DNA from: an uncultured Gammaproteobacteria bacterium
Lineage (GTDB): Bacteria; Patescibacteriota; Microgenomatia; Levybacterales; UBA12049
Length of the DNA: 64,000 nt
Direction: 5' to 3'
Assembly: GCA_965230895.1 (NCBI GenBank)
Contig: OZ246394.1
Coordinates: 712,627-776,626 of the forward strand
The position numbers and the translations under genes are program-made. Shown here one piece after another: positions 46,101 to 54,878 of the stretch. Below the pieces are notes generated by a model, which saw nothing but the letters and a program-made list of their open reading frames with translations, had not been told where the DNA came from and did no database searches. Each line of letters starts with the position of its first letter. Position 1 is the stretch's first letter.

Positions 46101-49100
46101 TTCACTTCAGAAATTGTACCATTTCTGTATTGGAAGATGTATGTCTTTGTAGGATTTGCTAACTTCGCAGACTTTGCCTGTTCCAGAGAGTTGGTCTGAA
46201 CAACTTTTGGTGTATTCTCTCTATAAATAAACCATAAGCCATCTGATAATCCTACAGGGAATAACCAAACACCTTCATACTTTGCTGGAACATCGACAAA
46301 ATAAACTGTGTCATTTGGAGTAAAGCTCGCATAACCAGTTCTAAAGGTTAGAAGCATACTCTGAGCAATCGCTCCTGACTGGGACCATTTAAGCTGTTCT
46401 GTTTGATTTTGATTAAAGTGCAGAAATGAAATACACCCAAAGACCACTAATAAGACAGATACAAATATAGTTTTTTGTCGAATAATCTGTTTTATAAGAG
46501 CATAAACAAGAACGACAAATGCGAGACTCAAACCAAATGATGCAAGGTATTCATATCGTGGAGAAATATTTCCTAAAGGTAAGAACGGAAGCAAACTAAC
46601 AAACGCAAATACAATTCCAAATATCACAAGCTGTGCATTATCATGTTTTACAAACTTAAGAACTTGCTTCTTAGAACGATAGAACATGTAACTTAATCCG
46701 CCAATAATAACGATTCCTGCAACGCTTAATACTAACCACATTGAGCGAAGGTTTCCACGGATTCCATCATATGCAGCAATAAATGAAGTTCCGCTTAGGA
46801 ATAAACCGATATATCCAAGGAAGTTACCAATAACATTTGGAACTACCTTAGCTAAGTTGTAACTGTAATCACCGCCTCCCGAGAAAGCTCCAGAAACGGA
46901 TCTCATTACAAAATAGAGTATGACCAGGATGATAAATGGTAGATATGTTTGGATAAACTTAAATGAACGCTTTGGTTTGTAAATAAAGATATCTAAGACA
47001 ACAAATATAAGTGGGATGATCACTGAAATTTCATAAGAAACAAAAGCCAAAGCACTTAAAATAACTGCTGCAATATATGCAACAATAGATTTCTTCATTC
47101 TGAAATAGTGATAACAAATCATTGCATACAAGATAAACATTGAGGCAAGTCCAATAGAAAGGGTTGAGAACCAGAACATGTTTTCAGTGTGTACGGGTAG
47201 CAATGCGAAAGTTGCTGCGGTTAAAAATCCTATCAATCGTGACTTTGCATAACGGCTTCCCAAGATATAGACAGCAATTGTTGTTAGGAAGTGTACCAGC
47301 AAGAGGAAGACATGGTAGCCTTCTGGATTGAATGAGAAAAGCATATATAAGAAATACACAATTACTTTATCCAGAGGTCGGTAGAAAAAGTCTTGAGCAT
47401 TTACAAAATACATTGCCAAATCAGATGGAGCCGCAGTTGCTGCCCAACGAAGCCAGGTGAAGTCATCAGCTACAAAGAAGTTTTTAATCGATGCTGCATA
47501 TCCGACTAGTATAATGATCATAAGGTACAGTACAAGCATGATTGGTGATGTAAAGAAAGATTTCAATGAAGATTTATAATCAATTGGTTTCTTCAAAAAG
47601 AGTTTTGCTGCCCCAACGCCAATACCTGTTAATATCCAGAATGGCTCTGCAACTTTTGAAGCTTCGAAAACATCAATAAGTACTGCATTAATGAGCAAGC
47701 CAATCGTTCCACCAGCAAGACCAAACACAAGCGCTTTAACGATAGGATCTTTTATCTCTTTCACACTATGCTTCATGAAAATCCCAAAGATAACGAAAAT
47801 AAATAAGAAGGCCAATAATCCAACCAAGCCCGTCTCCCCTAACGCTCTTAAGTAATCATTATCTGTTGCTAGCGTCAGTGAAGAATATCCTGTCCCAAAG
47901 ATTGGACTAAAGAGGAACGCATTCCAGTTTCTTGGCCACTCTGCCTGGAAACGTGTTGTAAATGAAATATCAAGTGCATAGGCTTTTTTAATAAGAAAGC
48001 TTCCTGAGACAGAAGAGATTGCAATCTCACCACTTTGGATTTTTCGCAATTGCTCTTCAGTCAAAACAGCAGTGTAACCACTATCTGTTGGAGGCTTATT
48101 CGCACCCACAGTAAAGTCGCTTGCAGGAGGGATCTCAGCATTTTTTTGCTCTTCTGCTGTTTTTGCATCCTTAATAATTTTTTGCAAATCAGAAGGTAAG
48201 GCTTCATCGGTAGAAACGACCTGAACTTCTTGAATAGTATTGGAAAACCTCTGGATTGTCGCATTACCAAAAAGCATCATGACTCCAACACTTACTACCA
48301 TAATTGGAATGATCCATTTTTTCTTCTGCCAAAGGACAAGCATTCCAACAACTCCTATTACATATGCACCAAACGACGTTCGTGAAGAGGTAAAGTTGAG
48401 TACTTCCAATGAAAGAAGCGCAAGGAGAATAATAGCTATACGCAAGGACCAACGCTTAACCGCAAATGCGAGAGCAATAAGGACAGGTATAACCATGACC
48501 ATATATGCTGATAAATCATAATGTCCGCCAAATGTAGAACTCACTCTAGATAATTCATTGAGGCATAAGGGTGTACCTTTAGCAAATTCTTCGTTACCTG
48601 TGAGGAATGCTGGGAAACAGAAAGGATATGTTTGGAAGAAATCAGGAAAAAGCTTCCATAGAATCGTATAAAACCTCTGCCCAAATCCATAAAAAACAAT
48701 TCCAAATATAGTAATACAGAGAGTTATGAGATAGAAATAAACATCTTTTACGTTTTTAACTGATGAGAAGGCGATAAAAAAGAGAATCATATACTCTATT
48801 CGCCGGAAATACTGCAACCAGGCAACACTTGGGAAGAAGTTAGCGAGGGTTGGCGCTATAAAAGTAAGACAATAGATTAAAGAAGCTAATCCTGCAATCC
48901 AATAAAGAAGTAGTGCATAACCTTCAGGTCGAGGAAGAGAAACCTTTCTTCGAACAAGCTGCACAAACCAAATAAGTGCTAGTGCAAGAATAACAAAGTC
49001 TTCTAGACGAATATAAACCCATGTATTATCAATATTTATACTTGGAAGTTTTGGATAGAGTGCAGTAAAAAGGATCGCAAATGCGACTCCAAAACGGAGG

Positions 49101-49135
49101 ATATTATTATCAATAAGTTGCAATAATTTCTTCAT
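46097..49135 (-). CDS. 1012 aa fusion membrane protein. The N-terminal half is an O-antigen ligase/polymerase-like (Wzy_C) domain. The C-terminal half is a second polytopic GT-C-like domain.
   Basis: Residues ~1-470 form about 10 TM helices plus a large loop ending in 'IFGTGYSS...ATDNDYLRALGETGLVGLLAF', which resembles the WaaL/Wzy_C signature (HN.YL..L.E.G..G). Residues ~520-1012 form a second ~11 TM bundle with the loop motif 'FVADDFTWLRWAA...YRPLD', a DD motif typical of GT-C. Confidence 0.5.
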   Translation of the reverse strand: MKKLLQLIDNNILRFGVAFAILFTALYPKLPSINIDNTWVYIRLEDFVILALALIWFVQLVRRKVSLPRPEGYALLLYWIAGLASLIYCLTFIAPTLANFFPSVAWLQYFRRIEYMILFFIAFSSVKNVKDVYFYLITLCITIFGIVFYGFGQRFYTILWKLFPDFFQTYPFCFPAFLTGNEEFAKGTPLCLNELSRVSSTFGGHYDLSAYMVMVIPVLIALAFAVKRWSLRIAIILLALLSLEVLNFTSSRTSFGAYVIGVVGMLVLWQKKKWIIPIMVVSVGVMMLFGNATIQRFSNTIQEVQVVSTDEALPSDLQKIIKDAKTAEEQKNAEIPPASDFTVGANKPPTDSGYTAVLTEEQLRKIQSGEIAISSVSGSFLIKKAYALDISFTTRFQAEWPRNWNAFLFSPIFGTGYSSLTLATDNDYLRALGETGLVGLLAFLFIFVIFGIFMKHSVKEIKDPIVKALVFGLAGGTIGLLINAVLIDVFEASKVAEPFWILTGIGVGAAKLFLKKPIDYKSSLKSFFTSPIMLVLYLMIIILVGYAASIKNFFVADDFTWLRWAATAAPSDLAMYFVNAQDFFYRPLDKVIVYFLYMLFSFNPEGYHVFLLLVHFLTTIAVYILGSRYAKSRLIGFLTAATFALLPVHTENMFWFSTLSIGLASMFILYAMICYHYFRMKKSIVAYIAAVILSALAFVSYEISVIIPLIFVVLDIFIYKPKRSFKFIQTYLPFIILVILYFVMRSVSGAFSGGGDYSYNLAKVVPNVIGNFLGYIGLFLSGTSFIAAYDGIRGNLRSMWLVLSVAGIVIIGGLSYMFYRSKKQVLKFVKHDNAQLVIFGIVFAFVSLLPFLPLGNISPRYEYLASFGLSLAFVVLVYALIKQIIRQKTIFVSVLLVVFGCISFLHFNQNQTEQLKWSQSGAIAQSMLLTFRTGYASFTPNDTVYFVDVPAKYEGVWLFPVGLSDGLWFIYRENTPKVVQTNSLEQAKSAKLANPTKTYIFQYRNGTISEVK

Positions 49136-49183
49136 CTACAAAAACTTATATTACTAGTTGACGATCAGCTAATCAAGAGCAAA

Positions 49184-49777
49184 TTAGCGAAACCACGCAG
49201 CACGTCCTAACTTATAATGCAGATCCTTTGATTTGCGCTCTCCTATCACCTTTGCAGGGATACCACCAACTATAGCATATGGCTCAACAGATTTGGTTAC
49301 GACAGCACCAGCACCGACAACACTACCTTTACCCAAAGTTACTCCAGGAAGAATAATTGCCCGTGGGCCGATAAACACGTAATCATCAATCACAACACAT
49401 TCAGAAATAGCATGGAAATCATCGCTATGGATATCGTGTTGGCTATTGTAGATCATAACTTCTGAAGCAATATCTACATGATCACCAATAACAAGCTTCT
49501 CACGTCCATCCAAAACAGCAAATTCACCGATAATTGTATCTTTACCGATAACAATATTGGCAGGATTATAAAACCGAGCACCTACATGAAGTGTTGATCC
49601 ATCACGAATAGTCATACCTGCAAGTCGATAAAAGAATCTTCGAATATGATGGGACGGTAGATGCCCAACGACATGAAGCACCCAAACGACGAATTCACGA
49701 AAAACGGTATTGGATCTATTCTGCGCCTTCCGTTTAAAGTCTTTTGAAAACATATTTCTATTTAAACTATTTGCCAT
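49184..49777 (-). CDS. Hexapeptide-repeat (LbH) O-acetyltransferase, paralog of the gene at 452..991. The likely start is the internal ATG at MANSLNR, which avoids overlap with the upstream GT4.
   Basis: 'IVIGKDTIIGEFAVLDG' and 'IILPGVTLGKGSVVGAGAVVTKSVEPYAIVGGIPAKVI' align block-for-block with the 452..991 product. Confidence 0.7.
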   Translation of the reverse strand: MANSLNRNMFSKDFKRKAQNRSNTVFREFVVWVLHVVGHLPSHHIRRFFYRLAGMTIRDGSTLHVGARFYNPANIVIGKDTIIGEFAVLDGREKLVIGDHVDIASEVMIYNSQHDIHSDDFHAISECVVIDDYVFIGPRAIILPGVTLGKGSVVGAGAVVTKSVEPYAIVGGIPAKVIGERKSKDLHYKLGRAAWFR

Positions 49778-49778
49778 A

Positions 49779-50927
49779 TTATTTTGCTGCAACGTCGACA
49801 AGTACTTTGAGTGTCTCCTTTGCTGTTTTTTCCCAATTAAACTTCGTTGCCTGTTTTTTTCCTTTTTCACTCAGCTCTTTTCGCAGATTTTTATCATTTA
49901 CTACTTTCACGAGCTTATCTGAGATATCAGAGACATCTTCAGGATCTATATAAACTGCAGCATCTCCTCCTGCTTCCGGCATACTACTTACATTGCTTGT
50001 AATAACTGGCGTGCCCTGCTTCATGGCTTCAACTACAGGCAAACCAAAGCCTTCATAAAGGCTTGGTAAGACATAACAAAGAGTATGTTTATACAGCATA
50101 TGCAATTCGTCATCATTGATACCTTCAAGAAATGCAACTTTATTTTCAACTCCAAACTTCCTTGGTGCATTAAGTATATCTTCATACAACCAGCCTTTCT
50201 TCCCAACAACAACGAGCTGTAAATCTCTGTATGCTTCATCTAATTTTTTGCTTTCCAATGCTTGTGCAAATGCTTCTATAAGGCGGGAAATATTTTTTCG
50301 AGGCTGCAAAGTACCCACAAATAAAACGTAGTTATTACTGAGGTTATATTTAGCTTTTAACTCGTTCATAGCATAAACATGAGGCTGAAGTGAAACAGAT
50401 TGTTTTATCCCAGGATAAATTGTTTTGACCTTTCCCTCAGGTACTTTGTACGTTTTAATTATATCATTTCTACTTGAGTTACTTATAGTCAATACGACCT
50501 TTGCCTTCTCCACAGAATACTTCGTCCAATTACGAAGTTGATACATATCAGCCTTATTAAATAACTCTGGAAAGCGCAAATATGCTAGATCCATTATAGA
50601 AACTACTGTCGGAATAGGCGAAAAACGTGGAGCATAATGGGTTGGGCTAAAGAAAACATCTGGTTTTGACTTACTCAAAAATAAATTAAGGGGCAAACCA
50701 AATTGTGTCCAAAACTTTCCAGGACCGACAATTTTATATTGCCAATTTACGTTTTCCTTTGGAAGTGTCTTTAAAGGTGGTTGTTTAAGATAAATAACAA
50801 ATTTTACCTCAAGTGATTTATTCGATTCAGCAAATTTTGCAAAATAATATAATAACCAATAAGCGTACTCACTTATTCCTACCCTTTTTGTAACATTGGC
50901 TTCATTGCCATCGATTCCAATAATCAT
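49779..50927 (-). CDS. Glycosyltransferase family 4 (GT-B)
   Basis: 'MIIGIDGNEAN' is the N-terminus. The C-terminal 'PSLYEGFGLPVVEAMKQGTPVITS' motif is GT4-like. Confidence 0.7.
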   Translation of the reverse strand: MIIGIDGNEANVTKRVGISEYAYWLLYYFAKFAESNKSLEVKFVIYLKQPPLKTLPKENVNWQYKIVGPGKFWTQFGLPLNLFLSKSKPDVFFSPTHYAPRFSPIPTVVSIMDLAYLRFPELFNKADMYQLRNWTKYSVEKAKVVLTISNSSRNDIIKTYKVPEGKVKTIYPGIKQSVSLQPHVYAMNELKAKYNLSNNYVLFVGTLQPRKNISRLIEAFAQALESKKLDEAYRDLQLVVVGKKGWLYEDILNAPRKFGVENKVAFLEGINDDELHMLYKHTLCYVLPSLYEGFGLPVVEAMKQGTPVITSNVSSMPEAGGDAAVYIDPEDVSDISDKLVKVVNDKNLRKELSEKGKKQATKFNWEKTAKETLKVLVDVAAK

Positions 50928-50929
50928 AA

Positions 50930-51472
50930 TTAATTCCCCGGATATGTAACGTGCAAACGATTTTCTTCAATTCCTAATATATTCATTGCATCTTTCTTGG
51001 TTGCTTCAGAAATACAAAGGATCGCATCGGATTCTTTCTTCACCCAAGCAAGTTTTCTTTTTTGTGTTGCTATAATTTTTTTATCAGTTTCTTCAGGAAA
51101 CTTATAAATAATTAAATCATATAAAATAGTAATTTTTTTCGCTTTTTTAACTGGAGGTTCTGTCCAGTCAGAAGTAATAAAAACATCTACATCTCCTATT
51201 AGATTTTCGATTGGCATGATATGCAATTTATTCCAGAGCATGTCTAATAAGGTTGGTGGAAATTTAAAAGATTTAACGTGTACATTTGAAGATTGAGGCA
51301 AATTCAAATTTGGGACTTTTCCACGTAAACTCGAAAAGAACAAAACATATTCATTTTTATTATCTTGAAGGAGCAATTGCGTAAGTGTCTGTTTAAGATA
51401 ATTTGCCACACCAGTACGACTGTAGGCCATTTGTGAGATATCAATTCCAATCTTCATAGGAGTTCCTAGCAA
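50930..51472 (-). pseudogene. Truncated GT4 glycosyltransferase comprising the N-terminal Rossmann domain only (180 aa). Probable gene remnant or pseudogene.
   Basis: 'MKIGIDISQMAYSRTGVANY...LCISEATKKD...HVTYPGN*' is the donor-less N-terminal half of a GT4. It stops right after the interdomain 'YPG' motif, and the next full-length GT4 starts 3 nt downstream. Confidence 0.4.
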
Positions 51473-51510
51473 ATTTTATTGTAGCATAAAGGCTTTTGTT
51501 ATAGCTCAGA

Positions 51511-51723
51511 TTATGATTTTTTCAGATGTAAAAGTATAATCCCTAAAAGGATAAATCCAGCAGCATACATAACTAACCTCTCCGCTGTAAAAAATATCTG
51601 TAATTGAAAAAGCGGTATTGATAAACAAAAAGAGATTACTCCTACAACAATAGCCCACTTTGGATTTCTTCTCCAAATCAGAGCAATGATAACAATTATA
51701 AATAGAATATCTTGTGGTTTCAT
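51511..51723 (-). CDS. Small two-TM membrane protein
   Basis: A 70 aa protein with two hydrophobic helices. Confidence 0.3.
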   Translation of the reverse strand: MKPQDILFIIVIIALIWRRNPKWAIVVGVISFCLSIPLFQLQIFFTAERLVMYAAGFILLGIILLHLKKS

Positions 51724-52553
51724 TTTTTCTTAATAAAAATAATAATTATTATTATCAAAATTGAAAAGATAATACTCGTTATTACTCCTCTATCAACCCA
51801 TTCTTGTGGAGTATATTGAACAGTGAATGTATAGGTTCCATCTTGTGGCAAGATAAAACTGTTTAATCGGTTGTATTGTTTGCTTGAAATACTATCTGAG
51901 CCGACTTTCGCTGCCCACTTCGCATCATATCCTTCAGAAAATATAAGCTGGTCTCCTTTGCGCGCATTCTTTACGTATACCTCATAATGTACAGGAGACA
52001 CATAAGTATATGTTACTTCAAGATTTTTACTTGTTGTCCAGAAGTGATCTTTAGGATTATTGAGTTCATAAACAACTATCTTCCCATACGTTTTTACCCT
52101 CTTTAACCATTTGATCCTGTCAATAGTTGCTACTACTGAGAGATATTGTTTCTCATCATATTGCCTGTCAGTGTTGAAGATCTGCTTTTCAGAATCAAAT
52201 GGAACAATAACATATTTAACACTTGCTTCACTGAGGAATTTTTCGGTATCCTTTCTTTCTAAGTATTTAAGAACTGCATCTTGATTAGGAGCATTAAATA
52301 ATTCTTGTGCAGAGATAGAACGATGCTTCTCAGACATATAGACGTAATGTGGCGATGCTGGAATCCATAAAACCCGGTAAAATGCATTTTGTCTTGAGAG
52401 AAAATCTTTAAGCTCGACGTATTCGTTTGGCAATTGAGAATTTCTAAGTGTTCCAGTAAACTCTCCGGTAAAAGCAGGTTTTAATAGGAATACAAAATAC
52501 AGAAAGACTCCCAACAAAAACAGCCATGGCAAAAGTTTATTTAGTATTTTCAT
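51720..52553 (-). CDS. C-terminal (periplasmic domain plus C-terminal TM) part of a split member of the large membrane-protein family (see 56013..58184)
   Basis: 'KIVVYELNNP...EVTYTYVSPVHYEVYVKNARKGDQLIFSEGYDAKWAAKVG...SKQYNRLNSFILPQDG' aligns with 'ISDKNAEITYEKVSPARYTVDVKH...QIIFDNPYSEKWEMYLG' of 56013..58184 and with the C-terminus of 58181..60328. Confidence 0.5.
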   Translation of the reverse strand: MKILNKLLPWLFLLGVFLYFVFLLKPAFTGEFTGTLRNSQLPNEYVELKDFLSRQNAFYRVLWIPASPHYVYMSEKHRSISAQELFNAPNQDAVLKYLERKDTEKFLSEASVKYVIVPFDSEKQIFNTDRQYDEKQYLSVVATIDRIKWLKRVKTYGKIVVYELNNPKDHFWTTSKNLEVTYTYVSPVHYEVYVKNARKGDQLIFSEGYDAKWAAKVGSDSISSKQYNRLNSFILPQDGTYTFTVQYTPQEWVDRGVITSIIFSILIIIIIIFIKKK

Positions 52554-53760
52554 ATTTCTTCTTATTTAAAACTATATAAATTTTTTCAATAGCGTATGGA
52601 ATAAGAACTGAATAAGCAAGTGCTATTAAGATATACCATTTCGAAGGATCCCGGAAAGCATTAAATCCTGGTAGATTATTAAATAACCATAGGTAGACAT
52701 CTCCAAATGGATCGTTAGCACCCTTTGCGAGGAATGCTCCTAAAATTCCTACTAGTGCAAAATAAAGAATGTACTTTTTTCGCGCTTTATCTTTGCTGTC
52801 GATAAAAAGCATTGAAGAATATGCTAAGAGTGGTAGAACCAAAAATTCCGGTTTCATAAATCCTACTTTCCCAAAAATATTATCCGGCCAATTAGGATGC
52901 AATAAAGAAATTGTATTCTCGAATTTTGCAAAACTCAAAAATTTAACGCTTTCATTCCCTATTACATAACCACCATCTAATTGAGAGACAGATCCACCGC
53001 CTGCAAAGAATGCTGGCATTGTCCAAAATGCCAAAATGATAGCAGTAGACAAAAATGGAATTATACATGTAAAAAGGATAAGCAAAAGAAACTTTTTGAA
53101 AACAAACCCAGAGATAATTTCGTGCACAAAGGGCAAATAAATGATAACAGCTACGAGCGCAACATATCCCACACGAATATCCAAGCTCATTTGCAAGCTT
53201 AAACATACTCCAGCAATTAAAGAAGGGCTCAATATTTCTTTTATTCTTATCTTTTTTGATGATAATAAACTTATTTGATTAATAGTCGATAGAAAGAAAT
53301 ATACAACTATTGGCGTGATTGCATATGCTAGAGCAAAATGAACCTGACCACCTGATACAATCATCAAAATATAGGAATTAATTGTATAAATGAAACTTGC
53401 TAATAAAGCGAAAGATTTTGATACAAGTGTTTTCTGTGCAAAAAACCAAGCAGAAACAAAAGAAAGGATAAGAAATGGAAAATAGAAAACAACTTTATCT
53501 ACGAGATCCCAACTTAAGCCAAATATATTTCCAATCCCCATCGCAACGCCATTACTCGCATATCCCCAAAGTAATGGAATGAACGTACCGCCAAGCCCTG
53601 AATCTCGCATAGTACTCCAAGCGTATGGATAGACTGAATATAAACTATACGATTCTTTAAAATAAAACAGAGAATCATAACCTGCGAGAAAACCTGGAAC
53701 GAACCAATTGTGGGTTACAAACAAAGTAATAAATAAAACAGGTAAAGCAATAAAAATCAT
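52537..53760 (-). CDS. N-terminal polytopic (about 11 TM) part of the split large membrane protein
   Basis: A 407 aa hydrophobic protein. Its stop overlaps the start of 51720..52553 by 17 nt in another frame. Confidence 0.45.
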   Translation of the reverse strand: MIFIALPVLFITLFVTHNWFVPGFLAGYDSLFYFKESYSLYSVYPYAWSTMRDSGLGGTFIPLLWGYASNGVAMGIGNIFGLSWDLVDKVVFYFPFLILSFVSAWFFAQKTLVSKSFALLASFIYTINSYILMIVSGGQVHFALAYAITPIVVYFFLSTINQISLLSSKKIRIKEILSPSLIAGVCLSLQMSLDIRVGYVALVAVIIYLPFVHEIISGFVFKKFLLLILFTCIIPFLSTAIILAFWTMPAFFAGGGSVSQLDGGYVIGNESVKFLSFAKFENTISLLHPNWPDNIFGKVGFMKPEFLVLPLLAYSSMLFIDSKDKARKKYILYFALVGILGAFLAKGANDPFGDVYLWLFNNLPGFNAFRDPSKWYILIALAYSVLIPYAIEKIYIVLNKKKYENTK

Positions 53761-53762
53761 AC

Positions 53763-54878
53763 TTAGATTTTTGTGTATTTATGCTCAAATAGTGCTTGTA
53801 CTGCACCAAATGCAGTAAATAAAAGTATCCAAAATGCTATCCTTTCTACTAGGTTTTGATAATGACCAAATGACACAAAAATAGAAATTAAAAGTAACCC
53901 CACAACTAATACAAAACTTGCTTTGCTCCTATATTTATTTACAATACAATTAAATAACCAAAGCATTAATACTGTCAAGGTTACAAGGATATTTAAATTC
54001 TCAATAAAAAGGATATCAAAAAGTAGACATAATCCAATAAGTACATCAAAAATGGTAAGCTCTTCAATTGCTCTTCCTAAAACTTTTAACCCTGTAACCT
54101 GAGCTGTGGATTTACTAATTTTTTTTGTCTGCCGATTGTAATATTTACTTATAATTTCTCCTAAAAATGTTCTCCAAAGATAATAAAAGATAAAAGGTAA
54201 AAGAAAAATAAATACAATTAGATAAAATTCTATATGTGAGAATGCATATAGAACCTTTTGTATTATGAAATGAGTTAGCAGCGGCGTATTACTTACCAAC
54301 TCACCTTTATTAAATTGGTACAGAGACACAATAATAGGTTGTTTGTCAGTTAAAGTTAAAGCGTTTCCTTTTTGTCCGTTAAGAGAGATTATTTCAAATT
54401 GGTAATTTTTCCCCTGAGAATTAGTTATAGGTGGAAAGCCAAATGGAAAATGAACAAGCTCTAAGAATTGGCCTCCAGAATATTTTTGTTCATAAATCCA
54501 TTTCTGATCATTCTTTTCTTTTAAGCGGAATACAATCGTATCATCTTGCTTTTTTAATATTCCAATTTCTTCATGTTCTTTATTATAATTATGGAGTCGC
54601 ACAGCAACTGCACCTAAATTATTTTCTTCTGCTTTAAATTCTCCTTTGATCGTTTGTTTTGCATAGAGTTCTCCTTGACTTGGAGATATTGTATATGAAC
54701 TCTTATGTTCATAGGGAAGAATCGTATAACTTGCATTATGCGTAAGTGAAGAAAAGACAGAAAGTCCAAACCCTATCAGAAGCAGTATCCCAGGAATGAT
54801 AATATTTGCGATGATTCTATTTGCAAATAAGGCTTTACTTGCCCCTCCTATGTGCTGAGATATTTTTTTTACCTTCAT
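53763..54878 (-). CDS. Hypothetical membrane protein with an N-terminal anchor, a ~180 aa exported domain and a C-terminal multi-TM bundle
   Basis: A 371 aa protein. Codons 3-6 contain an A8 homopolymer (54863-54870 on the plus strand). It is embedded in the glycan island. Confidence 0.4.
   Translation of the reverse strand: MKVKKISQHIGGASKALFANRIIANIIIPGILLLIGFGLSVFSSLTHNASYTILPYEHKSSYTISPSQGELYAKQTIKGEFKAEENNLGAVAVRLHNYNKEHEEIGILKKQDDTIVFRLKEKNDQKWIYEQKYSGGQFLELVHFPFGFPPITNSQGKNYQFEIISLNGQKGNALTLTDKQPIIVSLYQFNKGELVSNTPLLTHFIIQKVLYAFSHIEFYLIVFIFLLPFIFYYLWRTFLGEIISKYYNRQTKKISKSTAQVTGLKVLGRAIEELTIFDVLIGLCLLFDILFIENLNILVTLTVLMLWLFNCIVNKYRSKASFVLVVGLLLISIFVSFGHYQNLVERIAFWILLFTAFGAVQALFEHKYTKI

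Noticed and set aside
49779-49870. A ~90 nt overlap between the LbH acetyltransferase ORF and the upstream GT4
   Set aside because: The N-terminal 31 residues of the ORF are K/R/Q-rich low complexity. An internal ATG at 49777 abuts the GT4 stop, so the start codon was probably mis-set by the ORF finder.
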